Shown: positions 24,280-36,960, counted from the whole stretch's first letter. The stretch: 63,954 nucleotides of DNA, filler included, from Octopus bimaculoides (GCF_001194135.2; 9 parts of 7 records of this genome joined end to end with filler, not necessarily neighbours in it); one strand, 5' to 3'. The notes: a model not told the origin generated them from the sequence alone. Translations and numbers: made by a program.

Positions 24280-25009
24280 GTTTATCCTCCCTTAACTCCA
24301 CCAGCATGGCTTCCCCGAACACACTTCTGAAAGAAAAAAAAAACTCTCTAATTTCATATTACTGCGGAAAATTACTCTGAAAGAAATCTCTGCAGAAAGG
24401 CGAGTAGATTGATTACACATTTCTTGCTTTTGAATTTGAATTTGAGATTTTTGAAAATCTTTTTTCAGANNNNNNNNNNNNNNNNNNNNNNNNNNNNNNN
24501 NNNNNNNNNNNNNNNNNNNNNNNNNNNNNNNNNNNNNNNNNNNNNNNNNNNNNNNNNNNNNNNNNNNNNNNNNNNNNNNNNNNNNNNNNNNNNNNNNNNN
24601 NNNNNNNNNNNNNNNNNNNNNNNNNNNNNNNNNNNNNNNNNNNNNNNNNNNNNNNNNNNNNNNNNNNNNCCTTACTAGGGAATAATGATATAATTAAACA
24701 GGCAATAACACTCTTGACACCGGCAAAAATTATTGTTTACAAAAACAGCAGTAACTATATTCAGCTGAATAGACGTCAGTGATTGGTTGAAATTACAGAA
24801 ATACGACAACTTTAACATGAAATAACTTATTAAGAATAAATTTTTGTTAAGAAGGCTAAGAGAAAAAGATGTTTTATATGACACATTCTACCAGTATCCC
24901 AAGTTTGAAAGTGTTTCGTTAAGAAAACAAGTGGTGCCCTTCAAATCAGAAAGATCCGAAAATTGCTTGAGTGAAAAAACTTGAGCTGCTTTAGGATAGC
25001 TTTTTCTAA

Positions 25010-25699
25010 TGCATGACCACTCAGTGGCATGGTTGGAATCTCATTGGTTAGTAATAAAGTCTTATAGGCTGTATGTGGCCCATAGTGGTCATATGGACGG
25101 ATGCACGACCACACGCACAGTGTTTTTTGATAGAGGGAGAAATGAAAATAGTGTATTTAAGTAGATGGAATGCAAAAAATTTAAAATAAGTAAAGTAATG
25201 TTGTAGGGAGAACCTAAAAATACTGTAAAGACAAAGAAATTTATGCACCATAAAATTGAAATACCCTGAAGTCAATTTTTAGGCAGATGTGTCAAAACCG
25301 AATTTAAACACAATGAGTGAACAAAAATTAAATATAACTAAATTTTTTTTCAGGGAGAGTGTATAAACACCGTAACAACAGAGATTTTTATGCACGACTA
25401 ATTAAAATACATGGAAGTCATTTTGTAGACAGTGTGAATTTTCCGAGCCCTCTCCCCACCCCACCCTTTCGCAGCGCGCATTTTTTCCTTCATATTTGTT
25501 CAATATACGGTGCACTTCAACTACTACACCTTTTCCCCCGGTTTCTTGCTTTACGTGGGAGCTCTGTGCAAAATGTTATAGTGCATAACCATCCTTGACA
25601 CATAAGTAATATGTGTGTAAAGTTTAGTGGAAATCAGTTGAAAACTAGAAATGCATACGTACTATACACACAAACATCCTTTGTTTTATATATATAGAT
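25010..25699 (+). mobile_element. Possible non-autonomous Helentron/HINE-like element
   Basis: Ends in CACACAAACATCCTTTGTTTTATATATATAGAT, resembling DINE-1/HINE-type termini. Internal structure not resolved. Confidence 0.3.
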
Positions 25700-26314
25700 A
25701 ATGTACAACATTTACCTTGGAGATTAGATGACTTGAGGATGCTGACGGAAATGGGGGAGAAAGGATGAATTGAATAACTGAATCTTATTCGCTGATTTTT
25801 GCCCTTTTCGTCACGCTTTCCTCACTTTCATCTGCAGGAGTTTTCAATAAAAACCTGTCCAATCAGATCTGTTTCATCCTCCCCCACCCTCCATACAGAT
25901 GTAAAGTCATAAATGACAGCGAAACAGTTTGATAAAATTTTATTTGCTAATAAGGAAATTCTAAGGTCACAACAAATTGTTTTGTAACTTAACTTTCTTT
26001 CACTTGAGAATGTAGCTTAAATTCTGCATTATTTAGAAGGATTTTTTGCATTTTGTATTAATGCAGACATGTAACTAATTTATTTATTATTAAATATAAT
26101 AATATAAATTATTTACTTGTTTTTAAGTTACGAAACAATTTGTTGTGATATTAGAATTTTCTTATTGTTCTGTTGTTTATGACTTTATACACTCCTTCTT
26201 ATCATTTTATATATNNNNNNNNNNNNNNNNNNNNNNNNNNNNNNNNNNNNNNNNNNNNTTAATTAATTAANNNNNNNNNNNNNNNNNNNNNNNNNNNNNN
26301 NNNNNNNNNNNNNN

Positions 26315-26362
26315 CACCATCATCATCATCATCATCATCACCACCACCACCACCATCATCAT

Positions 26363-26394
<32 letters not shown>

Positions 26395-26420
26395 TCACCA
26401 TCATCACCACCACCACCACC
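26315..26420 (+). repeat. (CAT/CAC)n microsatellite
   Basis: Directly visible. Confidence 0.95.
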
Positions 26421-26535
26421 ATATACACAATCATTACAATATGTAGGTCAGTGTCGTCAGTCTACTTTTCTAGCCCCAGTCTCCCTCCACAGAGGATGAG
26501 TCACAACTTTTTAATCCAAGCCACCACCACCACCA

Positions 26536-26571
<36 letters not shown>

Positions 26572-27286
26572 CTTTATGTCTAACACCACTACTCTCTCTT
26601 CCTCTCCCTTCTCTCTGTCTCTTTCTCTTGGACCACCTCCACCACCACTCTCTCTTCCATCCTCTCTCTCTCTCTGTCTCTCACTCAATACCTCCAACTC
26701 CCACTATCTCTAAACACTACCACCACCGCCATCAGTCAATACCTCCTACTCTCATCCTCACCTCTAACTCCTACCATCACTAAACATCACCACCTTTAGT
26801 CAATACATCCTACATCAACCACCACCCTTGCCACCCTCGTCTCTGTCAGCCTGCTAAAAATGATAACCAAATTTCCCTCACATCTCACCCTGCCTTTATT
26901 ACATTGGGTGTTGTCCAGCTGTGCCACTCCGGTCTTTCAACCTGCTAAAAATAGCAGCTGAATCTCCCTCAAATTTTCACTGTTTACACATTGGGTAATA
27001 GCCAGCTGGAATATCATTGATCATAGCTCTGCCTCATCAGGGTTGACCTAGGGCTAAATAACGACAAAGCCACTGTCATGATAATGATAATTTGAATATG
27101 GAAAGGAGAAGTCAAGTTGACATTACAATTGTTTCCATAAACAGACAATATTTTTCTGCCATGTATCATACATTGTTATGCAATCCATACAGTGTTATGT
27201 ATTCCTGTAGTCCATTCACTTCGTCAGATGTCATTTGAAGGCACGATCATGCCTACATATACAGATATATAAACTGGCATGATTTA

Positions 27287-27328
<42 letters not shown>

Positions 27329-27564
27329 CATAAATATACAGGGATTAGCTTGAGTTGCTTCTCTAACATACTGAAAATTTAGAAATAGCAGTCAAAGAAC
27401 TACTGATTCCAAACTACAAATTATTAATTTTATTACTAATTGATGATTCCCTGCCCTATATCTGTATATATATATATATATATACATGTAACTACATGTG
27501 GATTGTTGGCGATTTTTTTCTTTTTCCTCTGTCTTCTTTTTCTCTTGGACTTTCCTCTGTCTCC

Positions 27565-27601
27565 TGTTTCTGAAGAAGAGCTTTGCTCGAAACGTAAAAC
27601 A
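27565..27601 (+). ncRNA. Minimal type I hammerhead ribozyme motif (Penelope-associated type)
   Basis: TGTTT-CTGAAGA-A-GAGC(TTT)GCTC-GAAA-CG-TA-AAACA: stem I TGTTT/AAACA, stem II GAGC/GCTC, palindromic ACGT stem III, GUA cleavage triplet. Confidence 0.75.
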
Positions 27602-28496
27602 CCCTTTCTTTCCTTCCCTGAGTGTCTGCTAATATTTTGCATGTACCATGTCCTTGTGTTGTTGTTTTTTTCTTGTGTTTTTCCTTCATTTTTTTTTATT
27701 AATTAGATAGATAGCTAGCTATATGATACAAACAAGGTGATATTTTTTCGAATACACCAGAAATAACTGGTAACATTACCCTTACAAGGCAGAAAAATTT
27801 GTCAACGGCTGTTTGTTGGCAAAACACCTGGTCGAGTCTGGGACTTCAACCCACAAACTACAGTTAACGCACTCACTGAACTATTGAATGATGGTGACGC
27901 TTCAACATCAAACTCCACCAACATCTTCAGTTCCACCACCGTCACATCTGCATCAACAGACCCCTCGTCTGCACACACCCTTGTCTGCATCAACAACAAC
28001 CCCCCCCTCCCCGCCCATCTGCACCACCCTCGTCTGTACCCCCACCCTCTCCTCGTCTGTATCNNNNNNNNNNNNNNNNNNNNNNNNNNNNNNNNNNNNN
28101 NNNNNNNNNNNNNNNNNNNNNNNNNNNNNNNNNNNNNNNNNNNNNNNNNNNNNNNNNNNNNNNNNNNNNNNNNNNNNNNNNNNNNNNNNNNNNNNNNNNN
28201 NNNNNNNNNNNNNNNNNNNNNNNNNNNNNNNNNNNNNNNNNNNNNNNNNNNNNNNNNNNNNNNNNNNNNNNNNNNNNNNNNNNNNNNNNNNNNNNNNNNN
28301 NNNNNNNNNNNNNNNNNNNNNNNNNNNNNNNNNNNNNNNNNNNNNNNNNNNNNNNNNNNNNNNNNNNNNNNNNNNNNNNNNNNNNNNNNNNNNNNNNNNN
28401 NNNNNNNNNNNNNNNNNNNNNNNNNNNNNNNNNNNNNNNNNNNNNNNNNNNNNNNNNNNNNNNNNNNNNNNNNNNNNNNNNNNNNNNNNNNNNNNN

Positions 28497-28885
28497 TAAA
28501 GAAATAAGAATCGTTAGTGCAGCGGGCAAAATGCTTAGCAGAATTTCGTGCGACTTAGCGTTTTAAATTCAAAATCCGCCTGGGTTGACATAGACTTTCA
28601 TAATTCCGAGGGTCAATAAGATAGGTACCAGTTGAGCACTGGGGGGTCGATGTAATCGACTTAATCTCTTTGTCTGTCCTTGTTTGTCCCCTCTATGTTT
28701 AGCCCCCTTGTGGGCAGTAAAGAAATAAGAATCGTTAGTGCAGCGGGCAAAATGCTTAGCAGAATTTCGTGCGACTTAGCGTTTTAAATTCAAAATCCGC
28801 CTGGGTTGACATAGACTTTCATAATTCCGAGGGTCAATAAGATAGGTACCAGTTGAGCACTGGGGGGTCGATGTAATCAACTTAA
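28497..28885 (+). mobile_element. Tandem family-A tRNA-derived SINEs, 221-bp period
   Basis: 28497-28665 is repeated almost exactly at 28718-28885, next to a gap. Confidence 0.85.
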
Positions 28886-29644
28886 CTGCTCCTGAGTATA
28901 AGTCTGAAAACTGGGTCCCTCTGCCTAGCCAGTGTGACAGAGTAGGGTCATCAAACCAGTATGATCTGAAGCTCAAATCCATGGCCTCCACATCAGATTG
29001 TTGTTGGTGAAGAGAACGTGCTGAGGCCTTCGTCCTCCACCAGCACTTAACAATTGGTGTTGGTTTATTTCCTTCCCTGTAACTTAGCAGTTAGTCAAAA
29101 GCGATCAACAGAATAACCACCAGGCGCAGCACTTCCTAAAGCTAGGGCCCTTCAAGCTTCCTACAACGAGAGTCTGCTTTCCTTCCTAAAAGCAAGACCT
29201 TCCTGTTCTCCTTCCTGAGGTTAGGGCTTTCTCATTTTACAAACGTAAGCCCTCTCTTCTCTGTCCCTACCTCGTGAGGAAGACAGGACAGGCAAAGTAG
29301 AAAGGCGAGCGGAAATTTGAAATCATTTAATACAAGATGTAAGGGTGTGAAAGTGTCTGCCACATCACTAATAACCTGTTTCTGTGATTTTCATTACACT
29401 ATTAGTCGCATAAACACACACGCACACATGTATAAGTACGCATATATTTGATGTCACGGGTGACTGGGTCTGATAATTCAGACTGTATCAGCCCGTCTTC
29501 GAAACGCCTGATTACACTTCAATTGACTTGCATCTGTCTACTTTCATAAAAGCTAACCAATGCGCTAAACAGGCCAGGAAATGTATTGTCGCTACCATTC
29601 AAACAGCAAGAGTATTTAGGTTAATAATTATGATTATCTGCACA

Positions 29645-29790
29645 AGCATGACTGCGTGGTAAGATATCTGCTTCCCAACAAGATGGGTCTTGGGTTCACT
29701 CCCACTGCGTGGCACTTTGGGCAAATGTCTTCTACTATAGCCCTGGGCCAACCAATATCTTGTGAATGGATTTCGTAGATGGAAACTGAA
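29645..29790 (+). mobile_element. tRNA-derived SINE head (family B) with CORE-like segment
   Basis: TGCGTGGTAAG...GGGTTCACTCCCACTGCGTGGCACTTTGGGCAAATGTCTTCTACT (CORE-like CCTTGGGCAAG). Confidence 0.75.
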
Positions 29791-30010
29791 AAACGCTCAT
29801 CATCATTTAATGTCTGTCTACCATGCTGGCATGGGTTGGACCGTTTGACAGATGTTGGTCACATGAAGAGCTACCCGGGCTCCTTGTCTGCTTTGGCATG
29901 GTTTCTATGGCTGGATGCCCTTCCTAATGCCAACCACTTCACACAGTGTACGAGGTGCATTTGCACAGCACCAGTACAGGTCGTTTTTGCATGACACAGG
30001 CACTCACAAG
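29791..30010 (-). mobile_element. RTE-tailed element 3' end
   Basis: (CAT)n TTAATGTCTG...CCATGCTGGCATGGGTTGGAC...GGATGCCCTTCCTAATGCCAACCAC. Confidence 0.8.
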
Positions 30011-30530
30011 CTCACAAGATTAGGAACGCTCAGCCAAAAAAGGATGCAAGACAACCACAATTTTACTTAGCTTCACAAGTCTTCCCAACCACAGCAAACA
30101 GCCCTGAGTCTTGGTCCCCTGCCATCCCCTCTCTGAGGCCCAATTCCTGAAGGTCCTTCCACACCACTTCATATATACATATGTGAGAGACCCCCTTCGG
30201 TCATCACTGACCATGGGATTGCACCTAGAAAGGTACCCTCCCAGGCACAAGTCCGGACAAGGTTGTTTATGGAAGACCGACCAGCAGTCGTCCATGCATA
30301 CCGGCCTCCCTTATCTCTACGCTACCAGTGTTATCCAAGGGAAAGGCAAAGGGGCCGATTCAGCTTGGCACCTGTGACATCGCAACTCATTTCTACAGCT
30401 GAGTGTGAACTGGAGCAACGTGAAATAAAGTGTCTTGCTCAAGAACACAACACGCAGCCCGGTCCGGGATTCAAACTCACAACCTCACGATCGTAAGCTC
30501 GACTCTCTAACCACTGACCCATGCGCCTTC
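30011..30530 (-). mobile_element. Long tRNA-derived SINE (family C)
   Basis: Minus-strand head GAAGGCGCATGGGTCAGTGGTTAGAGAGTCGAGC...GAGTTTGAATCCCGGACCGGG; body extends ~500 bp. Confidence 0.8.
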
Positions 30531-31836
30531 ACATATACATATGTATGCATATATATGTATATATATCTATGTGTGTTTATATTATATCTATCCTCCATTA
30601 CACCATGACAGCTGATGTTGGTTTGTTTATGTCCCCATGACTTAGCAGTTGGGGCCCTGTGTCAGTTCTGATTGAGCATTCATATAATCAAAGGTATTCC
30701 AGTTGTGACCATCCTGTCCTTTTTTTTATATATGTGCTGTTTATTTGCATGCTTTTTTTTTCTTTCTTCCTTTTCTAAAACCGTAGTGTGGTTTAACAGA
30801 AACTTAATTGCTATTTCTAGCACGTTGTACAACCACGCACAGGCTCCCCCTTTGTTGCTCCAGGTGGTTATGGTGGTGGTGGTGTAGGCGTGTAGGAATT
30901 ATGTGGACGTTGTGGTGGTGGTGGTTGTGGTGGATGGCAGTGGTGGTCTGAAGAGAGGGTACTGGTGGTAGTTTCATGGGGTGAGAACTGTTTTGCGTTA
31001 ATCCCTTCGAAGCCTTTGTAGGGAGGTCTGGAAGAGGAGCGGTGGTGGTGGTGGTGGTAGTGGTGGCGCAGCAGCAATGGCGGTGGTGGTGGTGGCTGTG
31101 GTGGTATTTATTGTAGCCTTAATTAACATGATAATCCCCCTTCATATTTAGCAACAAGGTTGAGATGTGGTCTGGGTGGTAGTACTTGTGCCGGTGGTGG
31201 TGGTAGTTGTCGTGGTTGTGGTGATGTCAATGTCATGGCGGTAGTGTTAGTTGTCCATATATTGGTCTCTTCATTTTTAGCGCAAGGCCTGCAACTCCGT
31301 GGAAGGGTATAAGCTGATTACATCGACCCCTCTCTCCTGCAGTGCTTAACTGGTACTCATTTGTGTGTGGTGGTTGTCGAGGGGTGAGGGGGGGGTGGAG
31401 TCACCCCCCACCTCTCCCCTCCTCCTCCTCATGTTGTCTAACTGTTGCTTCTTAAAGAATCCATTCTCACTTGTCTTTCTGGTAAATTCTTGTGGGGTAC
31501 ATACATGCATATATACATACATATGCATGCATACATATGTGTCTGCATATATACATACATGTACACACACACATACATACACATATATACACACATATCT
31601 TAGCTGCTTACAANNNNNNNNNNNNNNNNNNNNNNNNNNNNNNNNNNNNNNNNNNNNNNNNNNNNNNNNNNNNNNNNNNNNNNNNNNNNNNNNNNNNNNN
31701 NNNNNNNNNNNNNNNNNNNNNNNNNNNNNNNNNNNNNNNNNNNNNNNNNNNNNNNNNNNNNNNNNNNNNNNNNNNNNNNNNNNNNNNNNNNNNNNNNNNN
31801 NNNNNNNNNNNNNNNNNNNNNNNNNNNNNNNNNNNN

Positions 31837-32165
31837 NTGTATATGTATATATATATATGTATGTATGTATATGTATATATATGTATGTATGTATATGTAT
31901 ATATATATATGTATGTATGTATATGTATATATATATATGTATGTATGTATATGTATATATATATATATATGTATGTATGTATATGTATATATATATATAT
32001 GTATGTATGTATATGTATATATATATATATGTATGTATGTATATGTATATATATATGTATGTATGTATATGTATATATATATATATGTGTATGTATTTGT
32101 ATATATATATATATATGTATGTATATGTATGTATATATATATATATGTGTGTGTGTGTGCCTGTG
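31837..32165 (+). repeat. Compound (TA)n/(TGTA)n microsatellite with ~26-32-bp higher-order period
   Basis: Repeating block GTATGTATGTATATG(TA)n. Confidence 0.95.
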
Positions 32166-33898
32166 TGTGTGTTTGCTCTGTCTCCTAACAGAACCATCAC
32201 CACCACCACTAACACCACCAGTCTTCTGCTCCTCCTTCTCCTCCTCCTCCTCCCCACCCCAGTCCTCCACCATCTAGTGAATGTCTGTTGGTGACACCTG
32301 GCAAATATAATCCTTTTTTAACTTTCTAATTCACAATCAGGGTAGGTTCTGTGCATGTGTGTGTGTGCGCGTCCGCGTCTGTGTGTCTTGTCTGAAGAAA
32401 AGAAAAAAGAAGAAAAACAACAAAACAAACAGCATGTGGGATGTGTGTGTGAACCTGAGACTAGACAGGCAGACAAGGCATCCCCACCACCATAGTTGTT
32501 AGTGGTGGCTGTGGAGCTGGTTGTGGGGGTGGGGGGGGCAGAAGAAACCTTCCTTGCCCTCTTCCCCCTCGCCTNNNNNNNNNNNNNNNNNNNNNNNNNN
32601 NNNNNNNNNNNNNNNNNNTTAATTAATTAANNNNNNNNNNNNNNNNNNNNNNNNNNNNNNNNNNNNNNNNNNNNCTGAATGGATCTTTATGAAATTTGGA
32701 AATTATATTCTATGCATAATGGCCATAACCCCCATGAAAATTCATATATTTTTCATGTTGATGAAATTTTAACCATACATATCACACACAAATAAAGTAA
32801 TATTTTTAAAATTTCTTCTTAGAAGTTACAAAGACTCCTTCATGGGGACTTCACACTCGCAATTTAGTCATTTTTCCTAAGCAAAGACGAATACAGTTGT
32901 ACTATTGGAACCTATAGGGTCACCCAAACATAACAGATGAGCATTATTTGTAATTCAACGGTACAACAGTGTAAGATTATCCTTTCAGATATACTTACAT
33001 TGTGATTTCTGCAATGTGGTGCATAAACTGTCAAGTAAATGAGACGCATCTTTGCCTCCACTGATTCATTTGCAAAGTGTTGAGTAAAATTATTTCCTTG
33101 CAGACCTCCTTTGAGTCTTTTTATTATCACTGAGTCACACATACTCTCCAGTTGGTAACATTGATTTCAAGGCCTTCCCAGATGAGTTCTAAGACATTTT
33201 TTTTTATCGTAAATTTTTTATGCCCAGTTACCTATCGGTATAGTGGTCATTTGCAAACTCCAGAGGCGACACTTTCATTTCCCTTTACTCTAAACGTCAC
33301 ACGTTATTTCAATTGGGTCATGCCCTTCCAATTGCTATAGATCCGTAATGCATCTAACAGCTGTGCCTGTCACCTGTATGGTGAGGAATCCTACATTGGG
33401 GAGTAGTAACGACTACGCTATGGTAGCCGACTCATTATTGTGATCATTCATCTTTTGGTTTCTTGTAACTTTACTCTCTTTTACAAACCCAGTGAACATA
33501 CATATATTTCCTATTTCAAAGAAATTCAAACAATACATGTTAGACCCAAGTTAAAAACATTTCCAACAATTCAACTTCTCTGGTTGACATTAACACACCC
33601 ACTCCCAATAGGGGCCTTCATTCCCACATTTTAGAGCTCTATGAGCTCCATTTTTCAGGAGCAAAATCCTTTTTAAAGNNNNNNNNNNNNNNNNNNNNNN
33701 NNNNNNNNNNNNNNNNNNNNNNNNNNNNNNNNNNNNNNNNNNNNNNNNNNNNNNNNNNNNNNNNNNNNNNNNNNNNNNNNNNNNNNNNNNNNNNNNNNNN
33801 NNNNNNNNNNNNNNNNNNNNNNNNNNNNNNNNNNNNNNNNNNNNNNNNNNNNNNNNNNNNNNNNNNNNNNNNNNNNNNNNNNNNNNNNNNNNNNNNNN

Positions 33899-34595
33899 CT
33901 ACACCAGGCTCCAATCTGATTTGGCAGAGTTTCTACAGCTGGATGCCCTTCCTAACGCCAACCACTCTGAGAGTGTAGTGGGTGCTTTTACATGCCACCG
34001 GCACAAGTGCCAGGAAGGCGACGCTGGTAACAATTACGCTCAAATGGTGCTATTTACGTGCCACCAGTGTAGAATGGTGCTCTTAGTGCTCCACAGGTAC
34101 AGGTGCCATCACGATTTTGCTTTCACTTGCTCCAACAGGTCTTTGCAAGCTGAGTTTAGTGTCCAATGAAGGAAACGTTGGCATGGGGGCCAGTCGTCGA
34201 ATTTAGTTCGATTTCGATTTCACTTGCCTCACCAGCTCTTTGCAAGCGGAGTTTAATGTCCAATGAAGGAAAGGTACGCATAAGTGGGCTGGCTACATCC
34301 CTGGCAGAGGCCTTGGATTTTGGTCTCACTTGGCTTGCCGGGTCTTCTCATGCACAGGATATTTCCAAAGGTCTCGGTCAGAAGTCATTGCCTCGGTGAG
34401 GCCTAATATTCAGATGTTGTGCTTCACCACCTCATCCTAGGTCTTCCTTGGCCTACCTCTTCCACAGGTTCCCTCAACTGCTAGGGTGTGGCACTTTTTC
34501 ACACAGGTATCCTCATCCATTCTCGCCACGTGACCATACCAGTGCAATCGTCTCTCTTGCACACCACAACTGATGCTTCTTAGGTTCAACAGCCA
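33899..34595 (-). mobile_element. RTE LINE 3' end plus RTE-tailed element
   Basis: Minus-strand C-terminal motif resembling GRPRKTxDEVVKHNI...EAMTSDRDLWKYPVHEKTRQAK, followed by the conserved 3' tail. Confidence 0.8.
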
Positions 34596-34770
34596 AAGCT
34601 ATAATAGAAAGATATAGAATAGATGATAAAACAGAACTGCATGAACCTAAAATACCTAGGATTAAGCTTAAAGACCATTAACCAAACTTTAGCACTAACC
34701 CTAATGTTAGACTCATGTGCCTCTCAAAATTGGACCTAGGTAGGATAAGGAAGCAAATTATGGATAGGTA

Positions 34771-35370
34771 CAGGGTGTCCCAAGTATCACTAATGGTTTT
34801 CAATTTTTAATAACTTCCTTAACTTTACAAATAAATGTCTGAAATGTTGATATAATATAATGGACATAATTGAAATTAACATGCACAAGTCAAATTTTGC
34901 AACACCACTACATCACATATGAAAAATGACATCGCAAAAATGGCAGTCACTTTCAGCTTTGCACACCCATGCTCTTTCCAAAACTTGCACCAAAACACCC
35001 TCAAGAGTTTCAGACCCCACATCTCTGATTTCTCAAATGATGTTCTTCTTCAATTCCACCAGGGTCTCCAGTTTGTTGATGTAAATCCTCTCTTTCAGGC
35101 ATCCATGATTGAAACTTTTTGAGCCTGGCCATCCGAAGTAGACCTCACACATGTTTCCAGCCTTCACATTCCCCAGACTTGACTAGTCCAGATATTTTCT
35201 TGTGAGAATACCCGAAAGAGACCCTGGTGCAACTGAAGGAGAATGTCAATAGAGAAATCAGAGAAGTGGGGTCTGAAACTCTTGAGGGTGTTATGGTGCA
35301 AGTTTTGGAAAGAGCATGGATATGCAAAGCCAGAAATGGCTGCTATTTAAGTGATGTCATTTTTCAGATG
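34771..35370. mobile_element. Two Tc1/mariner-family 3' fragments head-to-head (foldback)
   Basis: TA-CAGGGTGTCCC terminus at 34769. 34916-35068 is the reverse complement of 35218-35370. The plus frame reads PDLTSPDIFL*EY..ETLVQLKENVNREI...ICKARNGCYLSDVIF (SPDL motif). Confidence 0.8.
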
Positions 35371-35867
35371 TTCTGCATTAGATAAACTGGACTTCAGAAG
35401 AGCAGTTGCCATGTCATACTTGTGAAGATTTCAGGTTCAGTGAAAAAGTTCCGGCAAAAAGAGGAAATCATGTCCAGGAAATTTTGATATACGATATGAT
35501 GGTTTTGAACACTAAGTGTGATCAATAGCTGGGAACAAGCAAATGTCAGGGAAAATTTTCTAAATCATTGCCTTGAGCTGAATGCAAAAAATGCAATGTG
35601 GGATTATGTATCTCGTGTTTTTCAGATTATCATAAAAAACCATCTGTTATTGTCATGACTAACTCATGATATATGAAATATATGATAAAGGAGCATTTTT
35701 TCAATAATAATTATCATAAAATGTATCATGTTGCCTTTTCTTTTTGTTATTTTCACTGCTATAAAAAGAGAAACATATACATTTGATTACTGAATAAAAA
35801 AGAAGAAATTGCCACAGTTGTAATTTTGCACCCTTATTAATCCTATCGGCGCCATATGGCACCTGGG
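35371..35867 (+). mobile_element. piggyBac transposon 3' remnant
   Basis: LDKLDFRRAVAMSYL, IRYDGFEH, and Cys-rich ECKKCNVGLCISCFSDYHKK. Terminal GGCGCCATATGGCACCTGGG-TTTA resembles a ...GGG-TTAA end. Confidence 0.75.
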
Positions 35868-36559
35868 TTTATTTAAGAATGTATTTTGAATTTTACATTT
35901 CTGGCTTCAAATCAATGTAACTGGTGTTTACACTAACTTTTAAAAAATGTTTCAGCAAAATAAGAAATAAAAGGTTATTCTCGCAACAAATGGGTTAATT
36001 TTATGATTCAGTTAAATATTTCAATTCATTTGTGTCATCATAGGTCTGGTTTACAAGTTCATGTTTAAGGTTTTATTGATTATTTACAGCATCTAATAGA
36101 AATAGAACTTCCGGGATAAATTTGAACTCCAGTAACAGCTTTCATTTATGACATGTGTGCATACCTGTACAAAAATGCTAAAGGAATTGTTATATAATGT
36201 AAACATATAATTAACGGAAACAATTCACACAATATTATATATTCCCATTTCAGAGTTATGTTATTTTCAGAGTATTTCTCCATTAGGTGCTGTTTTCGCT
36301 ATTTATGAAGGTACCCCAAAAACTGTGTGTCTCGGGAATCTGTGGTCTAGTTTACACGCAACTTATTCCATTTGTATTTACATTTCAGGGGTATCTTACT
36401 TTCAGAGTATTTTCCTATTATGCACTGGTTTGACTGTATTAAATTACTGACCAGATAAGTGCGCACACATGCAAGCAAGCAATCACAGAGTTTTAGTAGT
36501 ATATAGACAAAGCTTGTGTATGAATGTCTATACTCCATGGAGTAGTGAGACATGAGCTC

Positions 36560-36960
36560 TGAATGTGGAGGACATGTGTAGACTGGAAGAGGAATTAAGG
36601 TAATATGCTCCATTGGATTTGCAACATCAAAATGCATGGCTGATAAAGCACAACTGTTTTGAGAGAAAAGTTAGACATAAGAGGAGTTAAATGTGGCATG
36701 CAGGAGAGGAGAATGTGTTGGTTTTGACATGTGATGCATATGAGTACAGACAGCTGGATACAGAAGTGCCTGTCACTGATAATGTATGGTACCTGTGGAA
36801 GAGAGAGACCCAGGAAGACATGGGATGAAGTGTGGAGCCAATCTCAAGATGTTAGGGCTCATGAAGGAAATGACAATGGACTGAAATGTCTGGCAATATG
36901 TGGTTCTTGAGAAGACTTACCCACATAAGTGAAACTGAGTACTAGAAGCATTGTGTCCAA
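36560..36960 (+). mobile_element. RTE LINE C-terminal fragment
   Basis: LREKLDIRGVKCGMQERRMCWF*HVM...RPRKTWDEV; homologous to 47548-47946(-). Confidence 0.8.

Noticed and set aside
31346-32294. YI/HT/VC-rich ORFs (also 58886-59733, 60151-61322, 63008-63307)
   Set aside because: Translations of microsatellites, open in several frames at once.
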